Of a stretch of 52,793 nucleotides of DNA, positions 1 through 15,300 are shown in pieces (within the stretch, counting starts at the first letter, position 1; every line of letters starts with the position of its first letter). Below the pieces are notes generated by a model, which saw only the letters and a list, made by a program, of their open reading frames with translations, searched no databases and was not told where the DNA came from. This DNA is from Phoronis australis (lineage: Eukaryota > Animalia > Phoronida): the NCBI GenBank assembly GCA_002633005.1, contig NMRA01001124.1:1-52793 (forward strand), in the 5' to 3' direction. A program made the position numbers and the translations under genes.

Positions 1-3000
1 ATATCCCTTTTAACATTAGAGAAATAAGCAAAATTATGTTTTCACGAGTTATAATTATCCCGTGTTTCCCTGATATAATCTACATCTACGGCCCACGTAT
101 GCAGTGTCTCATGTCTGATCGGCTAATAATGATGTTCATAGCACCATTCACTGCTCAAATTTTGTATCAGTCTAATACATAAAACATCGTTTTTCAAGAA
201 AATGTGCGACTTAAAACGTGGAAAATGTTTAAGGAATAGCACTAATTAAGATAGGCAAGAAAAAAGGTTATTGCCGGGGGAAAGTACCTGCAAAATATTC
301 TCCTACAGCTAACTTTACCACGCTCCACATGAGAGGCATACTGCTCAATATAGGTGACCGTAATGAGGTGGTTAGAGGGCTAAGCAGGATTTCAGATGCG
401 TGACGTTCGTAAACAACCCGACCAAGCGTACTGTAGCTGGCAAACCGCAATAGGATATTCCCTGGTCTGTGTGTATTGACCGAAAGCAATACATGAACCA
501 CCTAATGTTTTGACAAGTAAGTGAATCTTATTTTGGTATTTTTGGGAGAGGCAGAAGACGTGATATGTGCAAATATAAAAAACAAAGAGCATTTATGATA
601 CATGTGTGTTTTTAATTGCCATGTTCAACTGAAAATTATGTTCTTGAGGCAATGAATGCACAGTTTGGATTAGGAGCGAATTTGTTCATGATGGAAATGC
701 ATGTACATATGACAATTACAGAGAGTTAAGTCAACCTCATTTTTCAGATTTAATTTCGCTCACATGAGCATCCGTGGCAACGAAGGGCACACGGGCAATG
801 AATCAGCGGAAATACGTGTTAGGACTCCTAAAAGCATGGTTTCCTAACTAGTACTGGCACCCAAACACGATACACAGACGGAAAGCAACGCTGTCTATGC
901 ACTGTACTTGTTTGGGCTTAGTATCGGCGTTATTTCTAAATAGTCCCTTAATTTGGCCTTGACAACAACGAGTCACTCGTGCTTAAACAGATTTTGATAA
1001 AAAACAAGACTCGTTTTCACCAAAAATAGCCCTAGCTTCACAATATTTACCAATAGTCTAAACGGAGCCTCTCAAGGAGATTTTTGTGAAGCCCCAGATC
1101 CCTATAATGTGACGAACGAACTTACTTATACATGTACCTCAAACCTTGCACATAAGGCCTGGACAGATATTTTGAGATGATTTTTATCAATAGTGACTCA
1201 AGTACGTACAAGAGCGGACGAACTTGTTGTGAAACCGTTGGAAACAACACGCGACATGTTAATCGTCCGTAAACAATTCCAAGAACTGATCACGTTGCTG
1301 TGTCATAACGTATTATCATATACATCAGTTTGACAGTGCTTAAGGCAATGCACGAATGCATTACGAAACGTAAATATCCCAATGTCAAAACCAGGTTTGG
1401 CAAAGTAATCGACGTAACAAATGTTTGTTGACACGTGGTTACGACGCATTGCCTCGTGATTTATTTGAGTTGATTTATTATCCCTGTCGCCAGTTTCCTT
1501 GACATACTACCTGAGGGCTGCATAATACATAAAAGTTAGTCAGGGTCGATTAGGGTTTCAAAAGGACCCGAGGGTATTTCCAGGCAAAGTGTCCACATAC
1601 AAGTCATTGTCCTGAAGGAAATGTTCAGTTATCGGGAAGTTAATGTCAAGCAACATCTTAATTTCATCAGTTTCCGGTTTTTCATTTCAGGACAAAATAG
1701 AATGCTGTTGTCTCTGAATTCTATCTACCTTTAATTAGGGTGAAGTCGGCAATTTTTTGGAAACCAATGGTATTTGACTTATAAGAAATTGTAGATTTTT
1801 TTGAAAAGAAAACATTCTTCGGACACCTGTTACGGTAAAAAGGCATGTGGGCATTTAGATATCGGACGCTGAACACTGTGACTGTTATTAAGGATAAATA
1901 CGTTGATGAGCATAGTGTTCTTAAAGGAGCATGCCACCCAAAAAACAACCTAATTTTTATCAATTTAGATCGAGTAGTTCTACTCCATAACTACACGTGC
2001 GGTTGCGTTACCTGACACCTGACGGCAGACGGAGGTGTTGAAATTATCCAATTACGTCATCGGTTTCACACGCATTCTGTTCAGCAGTTCACAACAGGGG
2101 TTACTGGTGTCAGCTTATCGCTTGGAGTCATCGTTTTACACCAATAAATCATCAAACTTCGTTGTAAAGCCCTTAAAAATACAACGCGTTCTTACAAAAA
2201 CGTGTTGTTTTATTTCGCTCTTACGGATTTATTGGTATTTGGACACACCGTAGCCTACAAAGTTCGGCAGGCCAATAAGGGAGTTTGGCATGGGGTGTGT
2301 TCGGAGATAATTTCGAAGTATTTTCCGTGAGATACAGACAGGAGAACCTAGATCTATGTTGTTTAGACTTGTGATTTTCTGAGTTCTAAAAACAAAACGC
2401 TTGTTATCCTGGCCAGTGGCTCGGAGCGCGATCAGGCCCGTCGCGGCCGCCCGGATTGACTCGTTATTCTGGCCAGTGGCTCGGAAACTGATCAGACATC
2501 ACGAACAAACCAGCCAAAGTTCAGTGGAAACTAAACTTCCAGTCAAGAAAATACTATACTAGTGACCCAAAGTAATGTGCACGTGATTATGTTGGTGAAT
2601 TAGCCACGAAACTGAAAATCTACTTACTCGTTGGGGGCCGCGAATTCAGTTCCGCTTTGGGCCACAGTACCGTCAGGGCAGCTGTTTATTGACAATCATT
2701 ACTGAGTAATGTAAATGTAAATAAAGATTCCCCTAACACCTAGTCGTGGGATAGAAATCGAGTTGTTTCACAATAGTTTCTGCCAGCAAACACTAAATTA
2801 GCATGAGCTCACACGGCCTCGGTGTCCCGTCAATTAGTTTTATTGCACCGCAGTGATTTATTCATTGCTGGCTTCTCAAATAATTTGCACTCACGAACAC
2901 TCCAAAGGCATTACAAATTGCATCTAGTGAGACAGACTTTGTTTCAGTTTTATATAAGTATTGGTTAGGGTGAGAATAATTCATTTTAAAACAGAACACT

Positions 3001-3918
3001 CAGTAATAAACGCCAACATGGCAACACGCAATCCAGACTTAGGACGAGCTAGAGCTCATCAGTCCCGACTTTGCAGGTGGATCGTTAAGTTTTACAGGTT
3101 ATCAATTCGAACAGGAATACAGTGAAGAAGAAATACTAGAGAGGTGCCGTGAACAAGCTCAGACAACGGAACGTATGGAGTTATTTGATAAGCCGGCATT
3201 CGTGAGGCACTGTCGACGTCGTCTGCAGGCCACAGACACCGGAGATGTTTCACGGCCTCATACTTGCTATTTACAGCGTACATTTCATTCTTCACTACCA
3301 TGAGCCACTTCCTAAGCATTTCGGACTCTCGAGGAAGTAAAAAAACGATATACTCGCTTTCCTCGCGGCTGCTTAGTTCGGACAAGCGAGAACGATACAC
3401 CGCAACATAGCGGCATTCACTCTGCATATGAACCGCTGACGTCGCTGGCGTCGTTTCTCACCTTCCTCACAGGTTAACGCGACACTTCTTGGCAAGGTAA
3501 GGTCAACCGTATGCGAGGCGATGTGGAAATAGACCGATTAAGACGGCAAAAAAGACTAATTAAATCGGGTGGCATTCGCCTTTAAGCCTAGCGTAAATCG
3601 GCCTTAAAACTGAACACTGCCAGTTGCAGGTTACCGACAACTGAGAGCAACTGACGGAAACTGGTCAGTGTGCGAGTCTGGCCGATGTGCGTCTTCATAC
3701 CTTTGACAGCGTAAAGCTGATCACTCGGTTGGCTTTAGTTCCACATGTTCTAAATTCTTAGCACTGGTTCCACTCAGTTTCGCTGGTCTACCCCGATGTA
3801 CGCCTCGTTGCAACTAGTGGAAGCCTTTTAACGACCGTGTGATGATCACGTGACCTAATTTAACACTAAAACACAACAAAATGGCAAATGCTTGGACCAT
3901 ACATGTAGACATCATCAT

Positions 3919-4301
3919 CAAGGTACCTAAGCTACACGGTTAACGGACTCATAAACACGGTCACGGACGCATGAACAGGCGACTCACGGACCTGCAAACA
4001 CCGTCCACTGATTCACAAACACGCGGGGAACGGACTCACAAAACAAAATTCATTCACCCAGCTACACGGGACACGGGCTCACATTCACGAAGAAACACGG
4101 TTAACGGACCGCCAAACACGGTTTACGGACAAAATGTAGATGTCAGCTGACCCAGGAAGCCGATGAGTCCGTAACCCATGTACAGTATTTGGGTGAATGG
4201 ATCGTGAGTCAGTGGACGGTGTTTGCAGGTCCGTGAGTCGTGTTCATGCGAACGTGACCGTGTTTAGGAGGCGTTAACCGTGTAGTTTAGGTAGTACCTT
4301 G
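3919..4301. mobile_element. MITE with ~100-bp TIRs and 8-bp TSD (hAT- or P-superfamily-like)
   Basis: CAAGGTAC...GTACCTTG termini with long imperfect inverted repeats; flanked by ATCATCAT at 3911-3918 and 4302-4309. Confidence 0.8.
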
Positions 4302-7300
4302 ATCATCATGAATGTGATGTCTATGGCTTGGTCCGATTTTGCGGACGATGCTCTCGTTAAAATGCGGATATTTACTCAAAACGTGATCTTGAGGATTGTA
4401 TGAACAGATGGTCCATTGCATAAAAGGAATACTGATGGAAAGTATATAACTACCCAAATATCTAAGTTACAGTGGCAAATACACACAAGTCAGCATGTAA
4501 GTCACGTGACTACAAGCGCCTCCTACCGTACTTTTCAATGGTTACAACTCAGTCACTGCCATGCGATCGCTTTCGATGAGTGCGCAAACGTGACTGGCGG
4601 TAACTGGGACTTCCTATTTTCTCACAATCGCTAAATTACCTGTGTACGCGTTGTTAGAAACTGACATATGCGGAGTCTACCAGTTGCCTTGTCGATGTAC
4701 ACTTAGCGTTATGCTTCGAACACACATTTCGAATTTCGAAATACCTTGTACTAGAATTAATGAGGTTTCACCGTAGCGTAGTAGTTGAACAATGCTTCTC
4801 GCGGTGTCGCCGACTCCCCATGATATCACGAAAGTTGATCAAAGCTCCTACAGTGAATTAAAAGGATACCAAAACTGGTTTTGCTCTATAACAGGGCGGT
4901 CGAACAAGTTTTGTAAGACAAACGCAATAAAATACAGAGAGAAAATTTATGATAAATTCTTAGCGTTTTTCGTAAACAACCTCATTGAAAATGTCTGTGC
5001 ACATCGAAGTTGGGTGCAAAACACTTAACAATTTATTTTAATTGAAACTGGATTAATAAACAATGCAATGCGTTTTTATGTCGTCCAGAGTAACTGTAAG
5101 CACTGTAGTTTATTTGTGTGGTCTTATTTTTTGCATTAACGTCTAAACGAAACAGTCACGACTTTAGGGCCTCATTCAAAGTGGCCGGCGATATCAGCGA
5201 CAGTTTCAAAACTGTGCTTACGGAGACAAATAAGGGTGAGATTGGCAAAACAAGTATATATGCGAAGGCTGGTACATGTATATTACCATGACATCAAATG
5301 AGCAGATGCTAACGAGCATTGGGTATTATCACAATCAGCTGCTTTTTATGCTTATATTCACGACTTTATGTCACCGGTGTCTATTATCGCCCTTGTATGC
5401 CTGCGGCATTCAGGTTTAGGGTCGTCAGTCCGTCCACAGCTTCGCCCAACATAACAAGTTCAAATTTTTTCGTCCGTTCACAGTTATTCCACGATCCATC
5501 TACCATCCATTAAATCGTGTTAACGTTTTAAGCGTAAAATTCACCAAAAGAACTCCAGTAAGATTTCGCGTGTGTAGCAAAGACTCGGGGCAAAACAAGA
5601 TCAATATGGCGGGTTTTGCCCTCATTCCGGTGACGTCACATTGACTGGAAACTCTCAAGTGTGCTACTATAGCATTAGGGATGTCTTCACGGAAATAAAA
5701 TGCTGGCTTAAATAAATTGTTATGTCATCGTATTTGACTTCTGCATTAATAAATTCCTCATGAAAAGTTGGTGAAGGACCCTCCTATCGCAGACGAAATA
5801 CGATGGAAATTGGGGAAAACGTTGCGATGTGTTTTTAATTGTTGACAACTATTTTGAGCAGACGCGTGTTTCCATCAATGTTATCATCCAGTGGTAGTAG
5901 AACATTCGCGTTAGCGTCGTTACATCAGACAAATGACTGAGTCTGATTATTAACAAAAGAAAGTTTGCCACCAGGCCTCCGATGTCGCCTGGAATAGGGA
6001 CTAAACGGGTGTTAGTTGCAATGGTGCAGGGTGTAAAAATATTGGTAGGGAATTAGGACAATTCTCAACTCTTAATTTTTGATTAAAAATTGATATTAAA
6101 TCAGCTAACAATTCTTTTAGTTGCTGCAAGCAACGTTATCTTAAATAAATTGATCCTGAACAATCAACATACATGTAAATCATTTGCATGTGTTTTTTGC
6201 TCAATCGAAGATCAGACAGCAAGTAAAAGCTCAAAGATAAGCCTCAGTAACGCCAACTCGCCAAATGCGATCAGGCAAAATTCCCAGATCACCAAATGGA
6301 AAATAACATCGACAAAATAAGAAAACCCCGTAACCAACTGTGTGAAAGACGCATAGTTGCCGACATTCGAAAGTGAAAAAGAGACATGTGACTTGAAAAG
6401 TAGGGTATGTGGGAGTGTGCCAAATGTCCGCGTGAACTTCCAAAAAGCGAACCGTAGACTTTTTTACTAGACGAATGGGGAAGTAAATATAAGTCGTGTT
6501 TAAAATGATTTCCGGTTCAACTGTTGTGAGACCTGTTATTTATCGAAATAAACAGACCTATTGAGAACCAAGGGCATTGGGCTTGGGAGATAAAGGTTTT
6601 CGTCTAAAAATTTCGAAGAAATCAGACAGGTGAATTCTTATCTGTCTGACTTCTGCAGACTTGTTTGTAACTTGTAAAAATCCGGCGATTTCGTGGCGAC
6701 AGGGACTTTTTACCAAATCTCCAAACAAAATTAAAACTTGCCTGGTAACTGCAGGTCGCCAAATCGAGAACTGTACCAGATCATTTCAAGACAGTCTAAT
6801 AATACCCGGATGTTCACATCTTTTTGATTACACGCAGGCACGAACAAACATTGATGTAAGTGCAGCAGGTGACAATTTGGATTTTCTCGAAATAATCTCA
6901 AGATTTTTTTCATAACGAGACACTTTGTTGTACGCGTATTAATTGATATTGACAGATTGGTTCAATCATATCTCATTTCGTGGCTAGTTCAAAACACTTA
7001 CATGTGCACCGGGTGTGACGTCTCAAACAAGGACTCTCCGCGTCAACTCCCAAACATTTGCAGGAATAACTTATTATGTATGAAAATGATTTATTTACAT
7101 TCGTAATCTTATGTCATTGTAATCTTAATATCAGTTACTATTTAACTAATGTATTTGTGTATAATTGTTGTATACAGATTTCTTTATTTTTATTTAACCC
7201 AGATATAATGCCTCTTGGCGCTTTCCGGGCAATGCATATTCATTGTACTGAAGATTTCTTAAAAAACATTAAAAAAAAATTAAACAAGCATTGACGATCA

Positions 7301-7698
7301 GAGGCTACGCCACGGCCGGTTCACTCTTCAGGAATAGTTTTCTTCTGTTCTTACGAATCACGCAATGAATCACTAATTTCATCTCGTACGCATTTTAGAT
7401 ACAGGTTGGTGCCAATTTTAGGGTAAATTGTGTGGAAAAGTCGAAAGACCTCGGGTAGTCTACAGCCTTAAATTACCTCTGGAAGTTGAAAGTAATCCGC
7501 TCAGTTGCGGACTTGGGCATACGTACTCGCTGGTTCCCGGAGTGTAGATAACATACAGGTATTCAATGACACTCGCTTTATCACTGGTTGATGTAATCTC
7601 GGCAGTCTTTAATTGGTTAGTAGCTTTACAACAAAGAAAGAAAATGACGGACTTTGAACTGAACGATTTTCATCCTTGTACATGCACGTGGTGTAACT

Positions 7699-7821
7699 GA
7701 GTGGCGGATTTAGAGGGGGCCAGATTCTATTTGGTAGTTCGGGGGTGCAAATGTATGATTTGCAAAATCCTGGCTAATACTCTGCCCCTCCCCCCAGCTC
7801 AAAATCCTGGATTCGCCCTTG
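7699..7821 (+). mobile_element. Short MITE, AGTGGCGGATTTAG...GGATTCGCCCTTG family
   Basis: Homologous along its length to the TSD-flanked element at 35516-35667. Confidence 0.65.
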
Positions 7822-9177
7822 TCGAACAACAACTGCAGTAATGTTTAATAGCCGCGTGCTTGAAGCACCATGTACATGTAATAAACACACATCTGGCCCA
7901 TTTGACCGGTGTGTTATTCATAATGTGTGAATACACGACAGATGTAAACAAAAGTCAGCGACAGTAGAAAGAGGCACTCCGAAAAGGCGCAAATACAATT
8001 TTCTATTTCTTGAACTGAGTCAATTAAAGCACAACTTAGACGACATTTACACTTCCTCCATCAGTCATGCCAGTTTGTGTAAAGCGTTACCTGTTGAGAT
8101 TTCGACCAGCCAATCAGAAATGCCAGTGTAAAAACAAATTCCCGAGGAAAATCAAGTGATACCTGCTACCCGCTTGTTCTCTACCACCTAGCGTCACGTG
8201 CATGTACGTAAAGTCACGTGGCCTTCAAACTGGAGGTTGATTGAACGTGTGTCTGAAGTTCGCACCTCCGACAAAGAAACTATGGTAACTGTAAAATCTT
8301 TGCCTCCGAGCAGAAATCTGAGACTGCGAACACACACAAGGTGTTCCGGAGGAGTCGAGTTATGTATATTTTCGTTTGCAAGAAAGATCAGAGCACAGGC
8401 ACAGCAATAAATTATCATTTTCATGATGAGTTGAAATGTCCTCAGATCTAGCTAGTAGAAAGCGATTGAAATTACAGTTTAGTTACGGTTTGTGACATTT
8501 CATGGGAAGGTCAAAGGTTCAGCCGCGTTTTTTAATGTGTGCTCTAGAAGGATTTCCGCAACATTTACACCTGGACGCTATGTCTCAAGAATAATTTATA
8601 CATTGCATATTGCCGAGTGCATTTGGGCTCTTCAACTGGTAACAACTAGGGCTGCATTTCACCCAAATTAGCTGGAAATGAATGAAAATTGAATTAAAGC
8701 CCTCTCCCTCATATAGGTCTAGAATCGGTCTCATAATTTCACTTAACGCCCCTTTACCAACAAGTACACCGGAAACCATTAGCGACTCAAGAATATGTTT
8801 CAGTGTTCATTGCGGCTGACCAACTTAATAGACTTGGTAAATCGAAATTGGGGAGTATTGCCTCAGTGTCACCCGAGTTGGTAATCGAAGAATGTTCTGA
8901 GACCTATTTCGTAAGTGGAAAGCACTTAAATCGATTCATCTCGGGAAAACAGGGCGAATTGCAGCTTTTATATAATCCACTGTAGAAAAAAACGTTGAAA
9001 GGTGTCTATGAATTCACCAGTTCAGAATCGTTGCCCCCCTTGGACGGTTTGAGTTTCTCGGTGACTCATACCCACGTGTTTTCGATTTTATCATTAACAT
9101 CCTGCTTTTGAGTGTAACTTGACTTACATAAATTGTGTAGAAAGTTCTAGACGCGACAGTTGTAGTCGAATTGCACG

Positions 9178-9302
9178 ATGTTGCGTGAGAAGGCTGTTCA
9201 ACTTTTTGTGGTGCTCTGCGTAATGTGGCTGTTCGGAGGCGGGGTTGAAAGCTTTATATTTCGCGACAGTTTCTTCCCATGTCGTCATGGCGACTGGCAC
9301 AC
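9178..9302 (+). CDS. Fasciclin exon 1 (signal peptide)
   Basis: MLREKAVQLFVVLCVMWLFGGGVES has a hydrophobic core and a V-E-S cleavage-like site. The phase-2 donor is most plausibly AC|GCAAGT. Confidence 0.7.
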
Positions 9303-12300
9303 GCAAGTGTTACTGTTTTATATTATCTTCCTTAGAACTTTCAGACGTGCATGGTTTAAACCTTACGGAGACAACCCCTAGCGTTGGTCATTCGTGCCGC
9401 AACTTTTCGTCGCGGGGCCATTTAGCCCGCTCTCCTACTATTATTGTATGGGCGGAAAACAGCATTTTCCCACCTTTGAATTCGCAAAAGTTGAATTATT
9501 TCAATTTTATTACTAAGTCCATTCCAGATCAGATTTGTGACATAGCATGCATGTAGGTTGATGGGGAACAGCGGGGGCAGTGAAGTTAGGGGGCAGCGCC
9601 CCTCACAAAGCAGGATGCGGGGGTGAGAGGGTACGTGCCCACATTAAATTGAGACGAGCGGGTGAAACCTTTGTAACAATAGGCGTAGGGAGGGGCTGGG
9701 GACAGTCGAGAAAAAAGAACATCGGAAAACACATACATGTAGAAGAGGGACAATCATTGGAGCCCTGGTGAGGACACTTTCGTTTGCGGGACTTAAGTTT
9801 TTAAAAATTTGCATACATTCTTCGAAAAAGCAAATTAATTCATTTTTTAATTCAAAAAGACAATTTTTTAGGGAATACAATGATAAGTTTCTTTTAGGAG
9901 CCACTCCCTTAAGGCTCTCCAATGACTGAAATATGAAGGTGAAAAAACCCCTTTGGAAATTGCATGTCTTCTGACTTTACATGATTTAGTCCAATACTTG
10001 CCTGAAAATAATATCATGTAATGATATAACTCTATACATGTACATGAACATGCATGGAAACATGCCTTGAACTGTTAATTGGAATACATTGAAATAAGAT
10101 TTTGCTCAAATCTATTGTAGTAAAAACTGGAATTTAAGAAGTTTCCTCGACTGCGACTTTCATAGTTGGGACTGGTCTGCTATAAGACGACGAAAGCCTT
10201 GGTTTGAAGGGTAGGGTTTTTTCTGATACCTCATCAACTATTGAAGGAATGGCGACATTATTATTTCCGAGATACGTTTGATTGAGCTTCCATCACAAAG
10301 GAATACATCGTGTATCTCCTCGATGACAGGCTTACGATATCACTGTAACAGTGTTGCAGTAAAATTACGCCGGTGCATTAAATGGGGGAATTGTCGCCGT
10401 AAATTACGCTCGTAAAATACCTTAGAACGTTTCAAATTTAAACCAATCAGTGTTAACCTGGCATTCACAACTGTTGCTGGGCAGCTCGTTCTTGCACAAT
10501 CGCTTACATTGCAGCACCGAATTGATCCACCATGATCCCGTCAGTAAAGCAGTATTTACAAGAGCGCGCGCGACCGTGAGCTGTAAAACCGAACGTCATT
10601 GGCTAAGAGTTTAAACTAAATTACGTTCGTAATTTTACGGTGTAATTAACGGCGTAAATAACGGCGTAATGAACATAATTATGCTAGTATTTTCCGGCGA
10701 CACTTCCCTTCAACGGCCCATTATATTTAATTGAGTAAAACGCTCATAAGCGATTTCAGGTAGCCGTCAGTTCCGTCTATAATGTCTAAAAGCAGCACTT
10801 GTGGATTTTAACGATTGTAGATTTCGTTGTAAACATGCTAAATGTAACAGAATCTGGTATTGGTTATATAATCTTTATTAGTACCCATACCCTGTTGCAG
10901 AAATTTTACGTAAAACCTGAATTGTCTTATTTTCCAGGCCCAATGTTTGCATTCGAGAACATCTGAAAAATGAAACAGTTGACCCAGAAGAACGTTTCAT
11001 AAGGACGGAAACCGACGTAGCAGTAGATTACCGTCGAATAAAAACAACGTGAGTGGAAATTATCAATTTTGTTGCGAATTGCACTCTATTTATTTTGTTC
11101 TCACGTGCTCTTTCAAGGACACCATTTGTCTCGGTGGCAATTGAATTCATTTCCACTCAGGTCCTCCATTGATCTCGTTCGTCAATTGTTAAGAATGAAC
11201 TACGGTTAATATTATATGAATGATTCAATAATAACTGGTAAATTGTGCGACACAATCATTGTAGCAATATGCATAGGCCCCCATTTGTGTTCCTGCAAAA
11301 CTTATTATACGCAGTACTCTATCTCACATTGATGAACTGCTCTAGTTATGACACATGTTTCTGCAAATACTTTAAACTGGCGTGTTTTTTTAGGGAAATA
11401 GAAAATGGTACGCGTTACACTTCAAGCAAAATCTACGAATGTTGCCATGGCTACGCACGGAAACAGGGACAAAAGTGCCACAAAGGTCAGCGTTGCGTTC
11501 ACCAAATGGAAAAAACATTAATCTGGTACCATTTACAACACGTGAAAAGGAGCTGTCAACAGAACTCCAATCAGTTCAATGACAGCCAGGCAGTGCCGGC
11601 ATGCATTGGAAAAGTCTAGTTTGATTTGCGTTGGCGAAATTTTGACTAAATGTCCGAATTTCACCCCTTCCATCAATGTTCTATCTTTCACTCCATCCAA
11701 GAATACCCTCTCGACCTCTTTTCATCCCCAGTCTTCTCCGTTTCCTCCTCTCCGGGTTTTCTTCCTTAACATTTCTAAAATGCAGAAAAATGTTGATGAA
11801 TTTCAAAAACAACTGTCTCCGTTACTTCACGTATAGCGCCAAATGGTTATTAAACAAATACCTTCACGCGTTCCTAACATGTTTTTATTCAACGTGTATA
11901 AAAGCGTATTCAGCGCGTAGCAAATATATTCACCTGCACTTGTAACATAGTGCGTATTTTATTCCAATACAAGCACTGAATCACGTGCAATCAAAGACGA
12001 CATAGAGATCAGGAAGGCTCTCAAATTCTTACTGGCAGTAAGTGGTTGCAAACGATCTATTAGGGTTAGTAGATGCCTTGAGTGTCATAGGGTTAAGGCG
12101 TCAAGTTAACAATCGAACAGCTCTGCATTGTGCCTGTGAGTGCTGTTTCTGAAGTCGTTCAATCAATAACATCTTTTGGAAAAGTCAGAATCAGTTGAAT
12201 AGTGTATTTGAAACTCAATTGTTCCTCACAGAGACAATAGCATCTTCCTTAACAGGCTCGCTTTATGAAAATCGGCAGCAATCTAGAACTGAAATTCAAT

Positions 12301-15300
12301 GTGGGTACTGAAATAATGTACGCGTACCGTAATAAAGTACGCGTACCGATTATACTCATTGGAAAGCGTGCCGTAACTTTTTTGTTCTTCGTCGAATGAT
12401 CATTTCCGCCAGTACATTTTGTAGCGTTGAAGGTACTTTTTTAACAATCCGTTGTTGCTGGCTAGCAAGTCGTACACCAGGCGGCGTTTGTGTGCTAATT
12501 ATTCCTTTGATTGACAGTGCATGGAATGGTGGACCTATTGGAAACAATGGCTGAGATAGACTCCTTGGAGACGTCTAAAGCAATGAAAGTTACAGGTTTA
12601 AGTGACCAATTTACGAACAGAAACTTCTCGATTCTAGCGCCTACCGATGAAGCGATGAAAGAGTTTCTTGAAAAGGAAAAGGTGTGTTTTATGATCAGTG
12701 AGCTACATACATGTACATGTATTAGCACGTTTGATTATTATAAACACGGAGTATTAAATATCAGCGGATGTTTCGTACTACTGAATTCACGTTTTGCGAA
12801 CACTGTTTTATAAGGAGTTAAAAGTCTTCACCCTGCAATTGTTACGTTTTCCCATAGATGGATGGACGCATGACGTCACTGACTGGTGCTAACAGCTTTC
12901 TGTGTGACAATAGACTTACATGTACGAACATTTGTTGCTTATTATCACTTTTGAATTCGACCGTATGTCCGAAAGTATACTCAAACAAAACGTCAAACGC
13001 AATGTCTGTTCTATGCTCTAGGTAGTACTGCAAAGTTTGACTCGTGATAAACTCCCGATCAAGTGCACCTGAACTACTTTGGCAGTTAGAAAAAACGCAA
13101 CACAAGGCGGTCAAACACCAGTAGTCGTATTTTTTTAATATTAGTATTAGTTGTCTTACAATATTCTAGAGATTTTCACCAAGTCAAGCACATTCTAGAA
13201 TTTTCCATAATCTGGCCAAACGTTCGTAAACATTTACTTGGCTCTAGATTGTTTCAGACTCTTGTTCTATAGGAAGTCCACTAAGGTAAAAAACTACTAG
13301 AATGATGTATTCTATTAAAAAAAAACATAATCCCTGGCCCGACCTTTTTGGTAATGCCAATCAACTACCGTATGCTAGTAAACTACCATATCAGCCAAAT
13401 AAAATTCATAAAACTAAAACCAGATTCAGTCTGCTACTAATGATATGCATTATACTGTATCTACGCGGAGAAACTACTGATCGTTCTGCACTGAAACGTA
13501 GCATTTACCAGCGCCTGAGTTCGGCGTGCTTTGTTCAGTTATTTTGAGTACTTCCATTTTCTTTTTCTCAGAGATCCGTATTACCTAACGAGAAGGTTGT
13601 GATTATTGACGGGGCAATTTCTGACGAGGCGGCTGTGAACACTAATCACGTGTTGAAAGCACACGTGATTCCAGGTATGACTGTAAAACGTCGGGGCTGG
13701 GTTCCGAAGATAGCATAATATGGTCACCTTTTAGGGAATATTATTCGTTTATTAATTACTGGTGGTTATGTTTAAAGAGGCCTGCAATTAAAGCGAAGTT
13801 ACTTTGACATCTACAGAAATTCAAAATCTCCGGCAGACAAGTTGCCAGAGATCACGCAAACTGTGTTTTAGATCGCTACCTCACTAGTGTACCCGGCCAT
13901 AGCAAAATGGTCGCCACTGAAATGATTAGAATTCTGGGTAATGGGAGAACAATATACATGTACGCAAACAACATTTCCGTTCCACAAATTATGATATCTA
14001 ACAGATCTAATGATTCGCAATTTCTGGGTTTGTCATTATTTTCCTTGTATGTTTTGTGTATTCTTCAATAAATACACGTCGCTTTTAAAAATATCTAACT
14101 GGTGTTTCACCAGAGTTTTGCATGACGGTACTTTCTTAATATCGTTGAGGTCCCCGTTGTTGCCGAGCATGGCTCTGATACGCCGTGAAATGTAACAATT
14201 TCGTAAAATGTAACAACTGTTATATTTTACGTCATTGTTACATTTTACGTTGTTAGGCCTCTCCTAAAGTGTAACAAGTTGTTACATTTTTATGCGCCCA
14301 CATATTTATATGTGATCGCATATTGCCGTCATCTCTGTATGTCCGGGCCTCCGGACGTCTGGGCGTCCGGCGTCCGCAGTTGTATCTCCTTAACCCCTCA
14401 CAAGATCTTGATGAGATTTAGCAGATGTGTTCCTATGAAGCTGACAACGGACGACGACGAATTTTATGATGTTCCGTTGGGGGGAAAGTGTCGCCGGAAA
14501 AATACGAGCGTAATTATGTACATTACGCCGTTATTTACGCTGTTGATAACGCCGTAAAATTACGAGCGTAATTTAATTCTTTACGGCGTAAAATTACGCT
14601 CGTAATTTAGTTCAAACTCTTAGCCAATGACGTTGGGTTTTACAATCCACAGTCGCGCGTGCTCATGGAAATACTTATTTACTGACGGGTTACATGTACA
14701 TGTCTACGATACGAGCGCTGAATCATGGCGAATCAAATCGCTGCTGCAATGTCAGCGATTGTGCAAGAACGAGCTCCCCAGCAACAGCCGTATATGTTAG
14801 GTCAACACTGATTGGTTTAAAATTGGAACGTTCTTAAGGTATTTTACGAGCGCAATTTACGGCGACATTTCCCCCATTTAATTTACGAGCGTAATTTCAC
14901 TGCAGCACTTTTTCAATTTAATTTACGCTTATAATTACGAGCGTAATTTTACGGGGAAACTTTTCCGCATTTAATTTACGAGCGTAATTGTACGGCGACA
15001 CTCCTGCAATTTAATTTACGCTCGTAATTACGAGCGTAATTTTATGGCGACACTTTCCCCTCATCGGCCCATCATAGAATTTCAGTCCTCTCCGACTACT
15101 GGTGTGCCCCCTAGTGGCAGTTTAAAATTTATTTTTTACGCTTACCTCTGTATCTTCGAATGGCCTCAAAGGATTTTCAAAAAATTTGGAAGTTAGGCAT
15201 TTATTAGTGAGATGATGCCATCCTCCCGTTTTCGGACAGATTCAAGGTACTTTGCGCCACCTAGTGCCAATTTTTACTGTTTTCGAGTCTGTTTATTGAC

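Noticed and set aside
8105-8980. CCAAT box (~8110), CACGTG E-boxes (~8195, ~8215) and TATATAA (~8969) as the fasciclin promoter
   Set aside because: Short motifs with no TSS evidence, and a 5' UTR exon cannot be excluded, so no promoter is called.
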